Assembly: GCA_014190575.1 (NCBI GenBank)
Contig: BJGQ01000006.1
Coordinates: 1,681 to 65,680 of the forward strand
Direction of reading: 5' to 3'
DNA length: 64,000 bases
Source: Bacteroidota bacterium
Lineage (GTDB): Bacteria; Bacteroidota; Bacteroidia; Chitinophagales; UBA10324
Of the stretch, positions 1 to 9,378 are shown one piece after another (within the stretch, counting starts at the first letter, position 1; every line of letters starts with the position of its first letter). The translations under genes and the position numbers were made by a program. Below the pieces are notes generated by a model, which made no database searches, had not been told where the DNA came from, and saw only the letters and a program-made list of their open reading frames with translations.

Positions 1-657
1 CGCAATTATGATTTTCTGCAACACAAAACCGGTGATGTGTTCAATGAAATAATAACTCGCACTGTTCAGTACCTGTCAGTAAAGCCCGATAAAAAACAAT
101 TTCGTGTGACACCCGAAAACCGAAGCCGCAGTGGCAACGAACGAATGTTCAGCGAAAGCGAAGCAGTAATTTTCAATGCAGAATTATACAACGACACTTA
201 CGAACCCGTGAACCAACCCGATGTGAAACTGGTGGTGAGCGACGAGAAAGGAAAAGAATTTAATTATGTAATGAACCGCAACGGAACCGGATATACTTTG
301 AATGCAGGAAGCTTTGCTTCCGGAAATTATTCGTACACCGCTTCAGTCATTTTTAACAATAAAAGTTTTACTGAGAAAGGAGAATTCATGGTGAGTCCGT
401 TGCAATTAGAAAATTCACAAACACGAGCCGACCATCAGTTACTGAATTTACTCAGCACAAAAAGTGGCGGCAAACTTTTTTATCCGAATCAGATAGATGA
501 ATTAATAAAAACAATTCAAACGCAGGAAAGCATTAAGCCGGTAATCTACACCACACAAAAAACCGAATCGGTCATCAACCTCAAATGGATTTTCTTTTTA
601 CTCGCCGGACTTTTATCTGTTGAGTGGTTTGTAAGGAAGTATAATGGTGGGTATTGA
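1..657 (+). CDS. C-terminal part of a large Bacteroidota membrane protein (usually VWA-containing); truncated at the window start
   Basis: Frame is open from base 1 (RNYDFLQHKTGDVF...). It ends in LLNLLSTKSGG...a hydrophobic helix...EWFVRK, a typical ending for this family. Confidence 0.65.
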   Translation, partial: RNYDFLQHKTGDVFNEIITRTVQYLSVKPDKKQFRVTPENRSRSGNERMFSESEAVIFNAELYNDTYEPVNQPDVKLVVSDEKGKEFNYVMNRNGTGYTLNAGSFASGNYSYTASVIFNNKSFTEKGEFMVSPLQLENSQTRADHQLLNLLSTKSGGKLFYPNQIDELIKTIQTQESIKPVIYTTQKTESVINLKWIFFLLAGLLSVEWFVRKYNGGY

Positions 658-738
658 TTGTAGGAGCGATCTTTTTTTATTTTGTTTTATAATTAGTTGA
701 CTTGTTTCAATTAAATATTTTATGGCCGATCTTTTAAT

Positions 739-746
739 TATGTTTG
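739..746 (+). promoter_or_regulatory. Bacteroidota primary-sigma -7 box
   Basis: TATGTTTG matches TAnnTTTG and ends 35 nt before ATG 782. Confidence 0.55.
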
Positions 747-781
747 ACATTCATCTTGGATTTTTTTTTACTTCTTAAAAA

Positions 782-2374
782 ATGAAATCAATAACATTCA
801 CAATTTTATTATTGTTAAGTATCATTTCATTTTCACAAGCACAATTTCCTGCGTACACATTTTCAAATACAGGAATTGACAAAGGGTATTTTTTATTTAC
901 TCCAACTGATCAAAATGGAATGGCTCCAAGCAGCCATTACTTCGCAATCATGGATTATACCGGTCATCTGATTTATTATTTTAATGGCTACTCTCAGGCA
1001 ACAAGTTCAATAATTAATTTCAGTTTATTCAAAAATCATTTATTCAGTTTTTACAGAGGAGGTAAATTCTTTTTAGCCGATAGTAATTTTAATGTTGTTG
1101 ATACCATTACTGCTACATCCGGATATTATAATGATCCGCACGATATTCAGTTGCTTTCAAATGGCAACTACATCATTCTTGCAAAAGAATTAGTGACGAT
1201 GGATTTAAGTGGGTTCAATTTATTCACGCATACTTATAGTCCTGGGGATAGCAGCGCATTGGTTACATGCGGAGTCTTGCAGGAATTTAATCCTGCAGGC
1301 CAGTTAGTGTGGCAATGGAAAACACAGGATCATTTTACATTTGATGAGGCTCATCCATTCTGGCTTTTTGCACCTGATACACTTGACTGGTCGCACTTAA
1401 ATGCAGTGGAAGAAGATTTAGATGGAAATATTTTAGTAAGCAGTCGATTTTTTAATGAGATATTTAAAGTTAATCATACAACCGGAAATATTATGTGGCG
1501 ACTTGGGGGCTCTCACAACCAATTTACTTTTATAGGTGATTCAATTCCTTTTAAAGGGCAACATGATATAAGAGTTCATCCGGATGGTTCATACACCTTG
1601 TTTGACAATGGGTTTTTCTATCCAAGCCATAAAGCAAAAGCAGAACAATTTTTACTTGACACAGTTGCATACACTGCTACTTTTATTCGAAAAGTGTATG
1701 CCGCCAATTTTGGATTTAGTGGTTCCAGAGGAAATGCCCAGTTTTTCAATAATGGAAATGTAATGATTGATTGGGGAGGAATGAGCAACGACAATCTTGT
1801 TTTTTCAATCGTTGATTCTTCCAATTCAGAAATTTGCAGACTATCTTTTGACGATTCATTGACTTCTTACAGATCTTATTATTATCCCGAATTGCCTTTC
1901 CAAATTAATCAGCCTGAAATTTCATGTTTCGATTCATTGGGATATACTTTATTGCGTGCACCGGAGGGTTATGCTAAATATATGTGGTCGAATGGAAGCA
2001 CCACTTCTTCAATTGTTGTTCAGGCCCCCGATACTGTTTGGGTTTATGTGCAATCAGGCACAATGGAAGGAATGCTTTCGTCAAAAAAATTTATTGTAGA
2101 TGGGAATACTCAATGTGAAAATTTTATTCCGAATTACAATAGTGGATTGTTAAAAATATTTCCAAATCCAACGACTGATATTGTTTTTGTCTCGGGGAAA
2201 ATGGTTTCATTAATTGAGATAGAAAATTTACTTGGGCAGAAAGTTTTTAATGAAACTTATTCTGATAGTTTAATGACTCGTGTTATTTCAATAAATAATT
2301 TTTCTCCATCTATTTATTTTATAAAAATAAAAACAGAAGAAAGCGACTTCATTTATAAAATTGAAAAATTTTAG
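782..2374 (+). CDS. Arylsulfotransferase (ASST)-like beta-propeller protein with T9SS type A C-terminal domain
   Basis: Signal peptide SQA|Q; motifs DPHDI, DWSHLNAV, WRLGG, QHDIR, FDNG; CTD KIFPNPT...IYFIKI...KIEK. Confidence 0.8.
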   Translation: MKSITFTILLLLSIISFSQAQFPAYTFSNTGIDKGYFLFTPTDQNGMAPSSHYFAIMDYTGHLIYYFNGYSQATSSIINFSLFKNHLFSFYRGGKFFLADSNFNVVDTITATSGYYNDPHDIQLLSNGNYIILAKELVTMDLSGFNLFTHTYSPGDSSALVTCGVLQEFNPAGQLVWQWKTQDHFTFDEAHPFWLFAPDTLDWSHLNAVEEDLDGNILVSSRFFNEIFKVNHTTGNIMWRLGGSHNQFTFIGDSIPFKGQHDIRVHPDGSYTLFDNGFFYPSHKAKAEQFLLDTVAYTATFIRKVYAANFGFSGSRGNAQFFNNGNVMIDWGGMSNDNLVFSIVDSSNSEICRLSFDDSLTSYRSYYYPELPFQINQPEISCFDSLGYTLLRAPEGYAKYMWSNGSTTSSIVVQAPDTVWVYVQSGTMEGMLSSKKFIVDGNTQCENFIPNYNSGLLKIFPNPTTDIVFVSGKMVSLIEIENLLGQKVFNETYSDSLMTRVISINNFSPSIYFIKIKTEESDFIYKIEKF

Positions 2375-2383
2375 AATTTATTT

Positions 2384-3385
2384 TTATTTCAAACGCTCTG
2401 TCAACAATCGAATTTCCAACACGGGTGAAAATTTCTGATAAAGAATATTATAAGTCGCATTTGCAATGGGCATATCAACTTTGTATTTTTTATTCACCTC
2501 ATTAATGCATGCAGTTGCATAATATCCTTCGGCAACCATATTCATTTCTAACTGAGCGCTTTTTACTGAATATCCTTTTCCAACCATGTTTCCAAATGTG
2601 CGATTGCGACTGAATTGAGAATATGCAGTTACCAATAAATCGCCTAAGTAAGCCGAATCTTTAATATCGCGGGTAATTGGATGAACTGCTTTTACAAACC
2701 GCTCAATCTCTTCAATGGCATTGCTGATAAGTACTGCCTGAAAATTATCGCCATAAGCCAATCCATTACAAATACCCGATGTTATTGCATATACATTTTT
2801 TAGAACAGCAGAATATTCTGTTCCGTAAATATCATCACTTGTATTTGTTTTCATGTATCGGCAATGAAGCATTGCAGCGACCTTTTGCGCCAGCTGCTGA
2901 TCTGAGCTTGCAATTGTTAAGTACGATAGTTTTTCGAGCGCAACTTCTTCAGCATGACACGGACCGCTGATGACCACAAAATTATTTAAGGGCAAATTAT
3001 ATTGTTGATGAAAAAAATCGGCCATCACCAGATTATCTCCAGGAATCATTCCTTTCACAGCTGAAACTATAAATTTATTTTTTAAATCCTGTGTATGAAG
3101 AATACTTAATGTTTCTTTTACAAATGCAGAAGGAATAGCCAGAAAAATAATATCGGCTTTACGAATTGTATCAATCAGATCATCTTGAATTTGAACGAAC
3201 TCTTTTTCAAAAAATACAGAACTGATGTATCTTGAATTATTTCCGTGTTCTTTCAGCGACTTACGAATATCTGCATTTCGAATCCACCAATTTACAAGGT
3301 GTTTGTTTTCTGTAAGAACTTTTACAAGAGCAGTTGCCCAGCTTCCGCCACCAATCATTGCCACTTTAGGATTGCTGTTCATCAT
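2384..3385 (-). CDS. gpsA: NAD(P)H-dependent glycerol-3-phosphate dehydrogenase
   Basis: GGGSWATAL Rossmann motif, SGPCHAEE, LKNVYAI, GDLLVT..S.FSRNR. Confidence 0.95.
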   Translation of the reverse strand: MMNSNPKVAMIGGGSWATALVKVLTENKHLVNWWIRNADIRKSLKEHGNNSRYISSVFFEKEFVQIQDDLIDTIRKADIIFLAIPSAFVKETLSILHTQDLKNKFIVSAVKGMIPGDNLVMADFFHQQYNLPLNNFVVISGPCHAEEVALEKLSYLTIASSDQQLAQKVAAMLHCRYMKTNTSDDIYGTEYSAVLKNVYAITSGICNGLAYGDNFQAVLISNAIEEIERFVKAVHPITRDIKDSAYLGDLLVTAYSQFSRNRTFGNMVGKGYSVKSAQLEMNMVAEGYYATACINEVNKKYKVDMPIANATYNILYQKFSPVLEIRLLTERLK

Positions 3386-3546
3386 GATTATTAAAATTAC
3401 AGAGCGAACTTAAGCAAAAACCCAAATGAAAGTATGCGGATAAGAGTATGAAGAATAAAAACAATAATTTTTTTCTGAAATATTGATTAACGAATTGATA
3501 TGTTCATTAATAATTTTTAAAATACCAATAATAATTTTTTACAAAA

Positions 3547-4164
3547 CTAAGGTTTGGTATAAATAATCTGCCGCACATATAAATTTTTTCCGACATGAAT
3601 TTTTACAAGATATGCTCCTGATGGAACTGAACTATCGAGTGTAAATACTTCATTGATAATTCCGCTTTGTGTTTGCGGTGTTCGTGTTTCAATCACTTCA
3701 CCTTCTCGATTTACAATTTCCAAATTGGTGGCTCCTGATTGATTTAATGGTATTTCGAAGTTCACCTCGAATACACCGGTTGTTAATTTTGGTGAAATGG
3801 AAATCAAATCGTGAAATTCCATGCTTCTTCCCCCACCGTTTGCCACTTTTTTTTTAGATTTCTTAACAGTTAAATCTTTATCGGTTAACAGATGGCTGTT
3901 GTCTTCAGAATGAATTCCATTTTGACTTGAATTATTGTTTACGAGACTATCACCTCGGTCAATATTTGGCGCATTTAAAAGAGTATCGGTTTTTATTGTT
4001 ATTCCTGCTTTTACAATATCACTTTGTGTCACATTTTGTGTGAAAAAGAATATGCCTACAATAAATGCAGCTATTCCAAATCCTCTTGAAGAAAGTTGGA
4101 GCGTTCTTTTAAGAGTAATTACCCTTTTTACTTTTACAGTTGTTGTAAAACTTAGTCTTCCCAT
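3547..4164 (-). CDS. Small protein with an N-terminal hydrophobic segment and a T9SS CTD-like C-terminus
   Basis: TM segment FGIAAFIVGIFFF, low-complexity linker, C-terminal IVNREGEVI...VPSGAYLVKI...RQII. Confidence 0.6.
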   Translation of the reverse strand: MGRLSFTTTVKVKRVITLKRTLQLSSRGFGIAAFIVGIFFFTQNVTQSDIVKAGITIKTDTLLNAPNIDRGDSLVNNNSSQNGIHSEDNSHLLTDKDLTVKKSKKKVANGGGRSMEFHDLISISPKLTTGVFEVNFEIPLNQSGATNLEIVNREGEVIETRTPQTQSGIINEVFTLDSSVPSGAYLVKIHVGKNLYVRQIIYTKP

Positions 4165-4269
4165 GTTTTATAGAATAACAAGCGCTTTTACTAACTCAAA
4201 TTAAAAAAGTTGTATACTAATTTTGGGATAAATAAATATTTGATTAGAGAATAAGGACAATAGAAAATG

Positions 4270-4758
4270 TTATCTCTTTTTTATTTTTTCTTCGATTGAA
4301 GTAGTACTGAATCCGATTAATAACGGAACTACCTGCACACTACCACCTGCTGTAATCACTTCTTTTGAACCAACTATTTGTTCAACGGAATAATCTCCGC
4401 CTTTTACCAGCACATCAGGATGAATATATTTTATCATTTCCAGCGGGGTTTCTTCATCAAATAATATAATTGCATCTACACAACTCAATGCTGCAAGTAC
4501 AAGTGCGCGTGAATCCTGATTTTGAAGCGGACGACCTGGTTTTAGTTTTGAAACAGATGCATCAGTATTCAATCCAACAATTAATCTGTTGCCGAAGTCA
4601 GCTGCGGTTGTTAAAGTATGAATATGCCCTGAGTGCACAATATCAAAGCAACCATTTGTAAATACAATTTTTTGTGAGAGCAATTGCCATATATGAATGA
4701 GTTTTCCTAACTCATCCTTTGTAACAATTTTTTTTTGAATGATTTCAAGCCTGCTCAT
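4270..4758 (-). CDS. rfaE2: RfaE domain II-type nucleotidyltransferase (heptose-1-phosphate adenylyltransferase family)
   Basis: VFTNGCFDIVHSGH, GLNTDASV, LVKGGDY, STT. Confidence 0.88.
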   Translation of the reverse strand: MSRLEIIQKKIVTKDELGKLIHIWQLLSQKIVFTNGCFDIVHSGHIHTLTTAADFGNRLIVGLNTDASVSKLKPGRPLQNQDSRALVLAALSCVDAIILFDEETPLEMIKYIHPDVLVKGGDYSVEQIVGSKEVITAGGSVQVVPLLIGFSTTSIEEKIKKR

Positions 4759-5770
4759 TCGCTATTGGTTTTGAAACACGATTGTAAAATGGAAGCGCAA
4801 AAAAAGAAAGAGCACCAAAAATAATTACTGCCATTGTTTGTAGCCCATGACACAAAGTTGCATACGATAATCCATCCATTTGACTTAAACCGTACACCAT
4901 CATGGTTTGAGTTACGATGTAGTGATAGGCGCCAATTCCGCCCTGCACTGGAACAACAAAACCCAATCCGCCAAAAATCATAATTGTAATTCCTTGCATT
5001 GCATTCATGTGCGATGAAAAATCAAAACAGAAAAAACAGAAGTAAGCCATTAATGTATAACAACTCCAAAGTATAATTGTGTGGGCCACAAACCAGCCCT
5101 TGCTTTTCAAACGGCGAATAGTATTTAAACCCTCCATAAATCCTTTCAATACTCCCAATAATTTCCGATAAAAATTTGTGGTTTTAAAATGAATAAGAAA
5201 ACGCCAGATAATAAATACTACCACAGCCACAATTGCGAATGTGATAGCATAAAAAACAATTCCTTTACTCATATACCCGATTATTTTATCGGCAAACGGA
5301 GTAAGAAAATTATTCATCACAAAAGTTGATAGTAATTCAAATTGGGCGAGCACTACAAATATTAATACTAGAAATAGTGAAAGAACATCTACTACCCGCT
5401 CCGCAACTACAGTTCCAAGTAGCGATTGAACTGGAATTTTTTCATAACGATTGAGCACCGTGCATCTTGTAATTTCTCCAAGCCTTGGAACAGCAAGATT
5501 TGCAAGATATCCGGTCATGACTGCTGCAAAAGTGTTTGCCAATTTTGGTCGGTAACCAATAGGATGAATGAGCATATTCCACCTTATTGCTCTTGATATA
5601 TTACTTACCATGGCAAAAAATAAAGCAGGTAATAACCACCAGTAATTTGCTTTTGCCAGCGTATTTTTTATTGCATTAAAATCCTGGCCGCGAAATGCCA
5701 ACCAGAAAAAAAAAATACCAATTACAAGAAATAAAATGAGTTTTAGAGAGGAAAGAATCTGTGATTTCAT
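4745..5770 (-). CDS. Lysylphosphatidylglycerol synthase TM-domain / flippase-like membrane protein
   Basis: Multiple TM helices; RAIRW, GYLANLAVPRLGE, ERVVD, PVQGGIGAYH. Confidence 0.85.
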   Translation of the reverse strand: MKSQILSSLKLILFLVIGIFFFWLAFRGQDFNAIKNTLAKANYWWLLPALFFAMVSNISRAIRWNMLIHPIGYRPKLANTFAAVMTGYLANLAVPRLGEITRCTVLNRYEKIPVQSLLGTVVAERVVDVLSLFLVLIFVVLAQFELLSTFVMNNFLTPFADKIIGYMSKGIVFYAITFAIVAVVVFIIWRFLIHFKTTNFYRKLLGVLKGFMEGLNTIRRLKSKGWFVAHTIILWSCYTLMAYFCFFCFDFSSHMNAMQGITIMIFGGLGFVVPVQGGIGAYHYIVTQTMMVYGLSQMDGLSYATLCHGLQTMAVIIFGALSFFALPFYNRVSKPIANEQA

Positions 5771-6120
5771 CAGTTCTTCAATCTGTTATTATCATCCGGA
5801 AAGACCAAAGCAGGTTTAAAAGATTTTGCTTCTTCCTTATCTAAAAGTCCGTATGATATTACAATCACGATATCACCCACTACAGCTTTTCGCGCTGCTG
5901 GCCCGTTCAAACAAATAACACCCGAACCACGCTTACCTTTTATAACATAAGTTTCAATACGCTCACCGTTGTTAATGTTTACGATTTGAACTTTTTCATT
6001 TTCTATCAAATCGGCGGCATTCATTAAATCTTCGTCAATGGTAATGCTGCCAACATAATTAATGTCAGCTTCTGTCACCTTCACACGGTGAATCTTCGAC
6101 TTTACTACTTGTATCATCAT
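5770..6120 (-). CDS. panD: Aspartate 1-decarboxylase
   Basis: [14 protein letters not shown] (Gly-Ser self-cleavage site), [15 protein letters not shown]. The likely start is ATG 6120 or 6117; the track's TTG 6129 lies inside the promoter box. Confidence 0.95.
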   Translation of the reverse strand: MMIQVVKSKIHRVKVTEADINYVGSITIDEDLMNAADLIENEKVQIVNINNGERIETYVIKGKRGSGVICLNGPAARKAVVGDIVIVISYGLLDKEEAKSFKPALVFPDDNNRLKN

Positions 6121-6126
6121 TGTGCG

Positions 6127-6134
6127 CAAATGTA
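6127..6134 (-). promoter_or_regulatory. -7 box for panD-flippase-rfaE2
   Basis: TACATTTG-CGCACA-ATG on the minus strand. Confidence 0.65.
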
Positions 6135-6231
6135 AAATTTCTGGTCATATCATCGTTATATAACCGAAGTGCCCAAATGACGCAGAAATTTTTTTAATAA
6201 ATTAAGCTTATTTCTCACAGCCGATGAGACA

Positions 6232-7095
6232 CTATGTTAATTTATTTTCAATCAGAATATTATCAATCAACCGCACTCCATTAATCCAGATCGCAGTTAA
6301 AATAATTGTTAGTTTTCCTTTTACAATAATTTCAACAGGACGCAAAGTTTCGGCATCGCAAATTTCTAAATACTCAACAATGGAGTCAGGAATTTTTTTT
6401 AGTCTTTTTATTCCTTCCTCTCTCAATGCTTTAACGGAACTGAACTCATTTCTCTTTTCCTTTAAAAAAAATAAAGTTTGTGATATTACTGCCGCATTAT
6501 TCCATGCTTCTTCATTCAATCTAACATTTCGAGAACTCATAGCAAGTCCACTTAGTTCTCTTACAATTTCACACACTTCAATTTTTGTTTGAAAATTTTC
6601 CAACTCAATCATCTTTCTAATTACCTGAATTTGCTGGAAATCTTTTTGACCGAGATATAAAACAGCAGGATTTACTTTTTTCATTAAACGGTATACTACA
6701 TTGGCCACTCCTTGAAAATGCCCGGGACGAAAAGCAGCTTCCAGTACTTTGTCATAGTACCCTAAATCATAATTTTTTAATTCAGGTTTTCCTTCCGGAT
6801 AAATTTCTTGTGAAGCAGGTAAATACAATACAGAACAATCTGCCTTCAAAAGCATTTCCATATCGTGCTCAATGGTTCGTGGATATTTTTCTAAATCTTT
6901 TGCATTGTTAAACTGGGTTGGGTTTACAAAAATGCTGCAGACCACAATTTCACATTCATCTTTTGCCTTTTCTATTAGTGATATATGACCCCTATGAAGT
7001 GCACCCATCGTAGGAACAAATCCTATTTTCTTTCCTTCTATTCTTTTCTTTTTAAGAAAAGGGGCTAAATGTTTTTCTGATTTAAACAGATACAA
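6232..7095 (-). CDS. panC: Pantoate--beta-alanine ligase
   Basis: GFVPTMGALHRGH, SIFVNPTQF, RPGHFQGV, GQKDFQQ, GLAMSSRN, RLIDN. The start is probably TTG 7095 because TTG 7113 is within a promoter box. Confidence 0.95.
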   Translation of the reverse strand: MYLFKSEKHLAPFLKKKRIEGKKIGFVPTMGALHRGHISLIEKAKDECEIVVCSIFVNPTQFNNAKDLEKYPRTIEHDMEMLLKADCSVLYLPASQEIYPEGKPELKNYDLGYYDKVLEAAFRPGHFQGVANVVYRLMKKVNPAVLYLGQKDFQQIQVIRKMIELENFQTKIEVCEIVRELSGLAMSSRNVRLNEEAWNNAAVISQTLFFLKEKRNEFSSVKALREEGIKRLKKIPDSIVEYLEICDAETLRPVEIIVKGKLTIILTAIWINGVRLIDNILIENKLT

Positions 7096-7110
7096 ATGAA
7101 TGGTTTTGGA

Positions 7111-7118
7111 CAAACCTA
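7111..7118 (-). promoter_or_regulatory. -7 box for panC
   Basis: TAGGTTTG on the minus strand. Confidence 0.55.
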
Positions 7119-7196
7119 AACCGATTTATTGAAATGAAATTTCAATTTAAATAAATCAATCTTCAGTCTATTTCATTTCCACCGATTTTTTTTTAT

Positions 7197-7204
7197 TATC
7201 TTTG
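7197..7204 (+). promoter_or_regulatory. -7 box for the GT5-like/DUF4270/glmS operon
   Basis: TATCTTTG followed by CGC, 26 nt before ATG 7231. Confidence 0.65.
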
Positions 7205-7230
7205 CGCACCTTTTTAAAAACCACGGCTTA

Positions 7231-8049
7231 ATGACTAAGAAACGAGTGTTGATTGTAGCGCATGAAATGAAGCCTTACAATATACTTACTGAAGCTGCTA
7301 CTTTCGTTAATCGATTACCAGTTTACTTGCAAGAACAAGGAATGGAAATTCGTGTATTGATGCCTCGATTTGGTACTATTAATGAGCGCCGTCACCGTTT
7401 GCACGAAGTTGTTCGACTTTCAGGAATGAATATTATTATTGATGATGATGATAATCCATTAATAATTAAAGTAGCTTCATTACCAGGGGCTCGATTGCAA
7501 GTGTATTTTTTAGATAATGAAGATTACTTCCGCCGCAAACATGTATTTACTGATGCTGACGGGAAATTTTATGAAGATACTCATGAACGGATGGCATTCT
7601 TCTGCAAAGGAGTTATGGAGACGATAAAAAAATTCGGATGGCCGCCGGATATTATCCATTGTCATGATTGGATGAGTTCGTTAATTCCAATGTACTTGAA
7701 AACCGTTTATAAAAAGGATCCTGTGTTTCACAATGCAAAATCAATTTACTCGGTTTATGATAATACTTTTAAAGAAACGCTGCATAAAGATTTTTCAAAA
7801 AAGGCAATTATCAGTAAAGAATTAATAAAGGATGCAGATTTTGCCCCATATAAAAAAGCAAATAATACCGCATTTAATGTTGGTGCTATTACCCACGCTG
7901 ATGGAGTTATTAAAGCAGGAAAAAATTTAGACCCTGCTGTAAAAACTGCTTTGAAAGCAATGAAGAAAAAACCTATACTTGAACACGACCCTGAAAATTA
8001 CCTTGCAACCTATGTGGAATTTTATAGGTCTTTGATGAACGAAAAGTGA
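7231..8049 (+). CDS. Glycogen/starch synthase N-terminal-domain protein (GT5-like, single domain)
   Basis: EIRVLMPRFG, VYFLDNEDYF, ERMAFFCKG, PDIIHCHDW; only 272 aa. Confidence 0.85.
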   Translation: MTKKRVLIVAHEMKPYNILTEAATFVNRLPVYLQEQGMEIRVLMPRFGTINERRHRLHEVVRLSGMNIIIDDDDNPLIIKVASLPGARLQVYFLDNEDYFRRKHVFTDADGKFYEDTHERMAFFCKGVMETIKKFGWPPDIIHCHDWMSSLIPMYLKTVYKKDPVFHNAKSIYSVYDNTFKETLHKDFSKKAIISKELIKDADFAPYKKANNTAFNVGAITHADGVIKAGKNLDPAVKTALKAMKKKPILEHDPENYLATYVEFYRSLMNEK

Positions 8050-9374
8050 AAATAAATACGCACCCCTTTCTCCTCCTTCTTTTGGCCTTTATTGTTTTTG
8101 CAAATTTAGGCTGCAAAAAATCCACGCTCATTGGAAATGATTTGCTTCCAAATGCAGATGATTTGAATGGAATATATACTGATACATTGATACTGCATTC
8201 AAAAACAGTAACTGAATTTCCATTAAAGACTTCTACCAATTCCAATTTTTTACTTGGAACTATTAACGATCCAATTTTCGGGAAATCATCCGCTTCAATT
8301 TACACTCAGGTGCAGATTGGCGGCTTGGTTGATTTAGGAAATCCTGATTCGCTGTTTGTTGATTCATTGGTTTTGAATATGGAATACGATGGACATTATG
8401 GAAAATTTGATGGTTCGCAAACCATTAAAGTCTTTCAGGTAACCCAGAATATGTATAAGGATAGTGCTTATTATTCTGATAAAAATTTTAGTTTTTTTCA
8501 GAATGAAGTGGGTCAAAAATTAAATTTCATTCCTGATTTTACTTCTTCATTATATATTGCTGGAGATACCATTGCTCCATCGATGCGAATCAGATTAAGT
8601 GATCATTTAGGACAGGATTTATTGAATCAGTCAAAGGGATCAAACTTTGCAAGCAATACTGCTTTTCAAGATTATTTTAAAGGATTATTAATATCCACAG
8701 ATACTTTTCAAAATGGGAAAGGCGTGATGTATTTTAAAATGCTTTCGTCAGTTTCAGCTTCAAAGCTCACAGTATATTATCATAAACCAGATGCCTCAGC
8801 TTTAAAATTTGATTTTATAATCGGAACTGATTGTTCTGTGTTTAATCATTACACTCACAACTTTATTTCAACTGAAATTGAAAATGTAATTCAATCAACC
8901 TCAATAAGTGACAGCATCGTTTATGTTCAATCCATGTCAGGAGCGAAAACAAGAATTACAATTCCAAACTTAAAAAATTTAGGAAATATTTTAGTAAATA
9001 AAGCTGAATTGGAAATTACAGTTCCCACTTGGAAAATAGATCCTGATTCTGTTTATACATGCCCTTTAAGAATGCTTTGTTTATTGGCTGATTCAGCAGG
9101 AAAAAATGCAATAATTCCTGATCAGATTTCAACGCACTTATCATATGGCGGTTTTAAGGAAACCGCATACATCAATGGGCAAAAAGTTTATAAATATAAA
9201 TTCAGCATAACTGAACACATACAGGATTTAGTTAGTAGTTCAGTATCTGACTATGGATTATTTCTTATCACTTATCCAAGCACTGAAATTGCGGACAGAA
9301 TAATATTGGCCGGAGGTAATCGAAATGATGACTTTCGCATGAAAATAAATCTCATCTACACAAAACTCCCATAA
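8046..9374 (+). CDS. DUF4270-like lipoprotein
   Basis: Lipobox LG|C-KK; LGTINDPIFG, DSLVL, FQDYFKGL, VNKAEL; sits between the GT5-like gene and glmS; GTGA overlap with the upstream stop. Confidence 0.75.
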   Translation: MKINTHPFLLLLLAFIVFANLGCKKSTLIGNDLLPNADDLNGIYTDTLILHSKTVTEFPLKTSTNSNFLLGTINDPIFGKSSASIYTQVQIGGLVDLGNPDSLFVDSLVLNMEYDGHYGKFDGSQTIKVFQVTQNMYKDSAYYSDKNFSFFQNEVGQKLNFIPDFTSSLYIAGDTIAPSMRIRLSDHLGQDLLNQSKGSNFASNTAFQDYFKGLLISTDTFQNGKGVMYFKMLSSVSASKLTVYYHKPDASALKFDFIIGTDCSVFNHYTHNFISTEIENVIQSTSISDSIVYVQSMSGAKTRITIPNLKNLGNILVNKAELEITVPTWKIDPDSVYTCPLRMLCLLADSAGKNAIIPDQISTHLSYGGFKETAYINGQKVYKYKFSITEHIQDLVSSSVSDYGLFLITYPSTEIADRIILAGGNRNDDFRMKINLIYTKLP

Positions 9375-9378
9375 ACTT

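Noticed and set aside
9300-9378. glmS ribozyme
   Set aside because: Only 4 nt separate glmS from the upstream CDS
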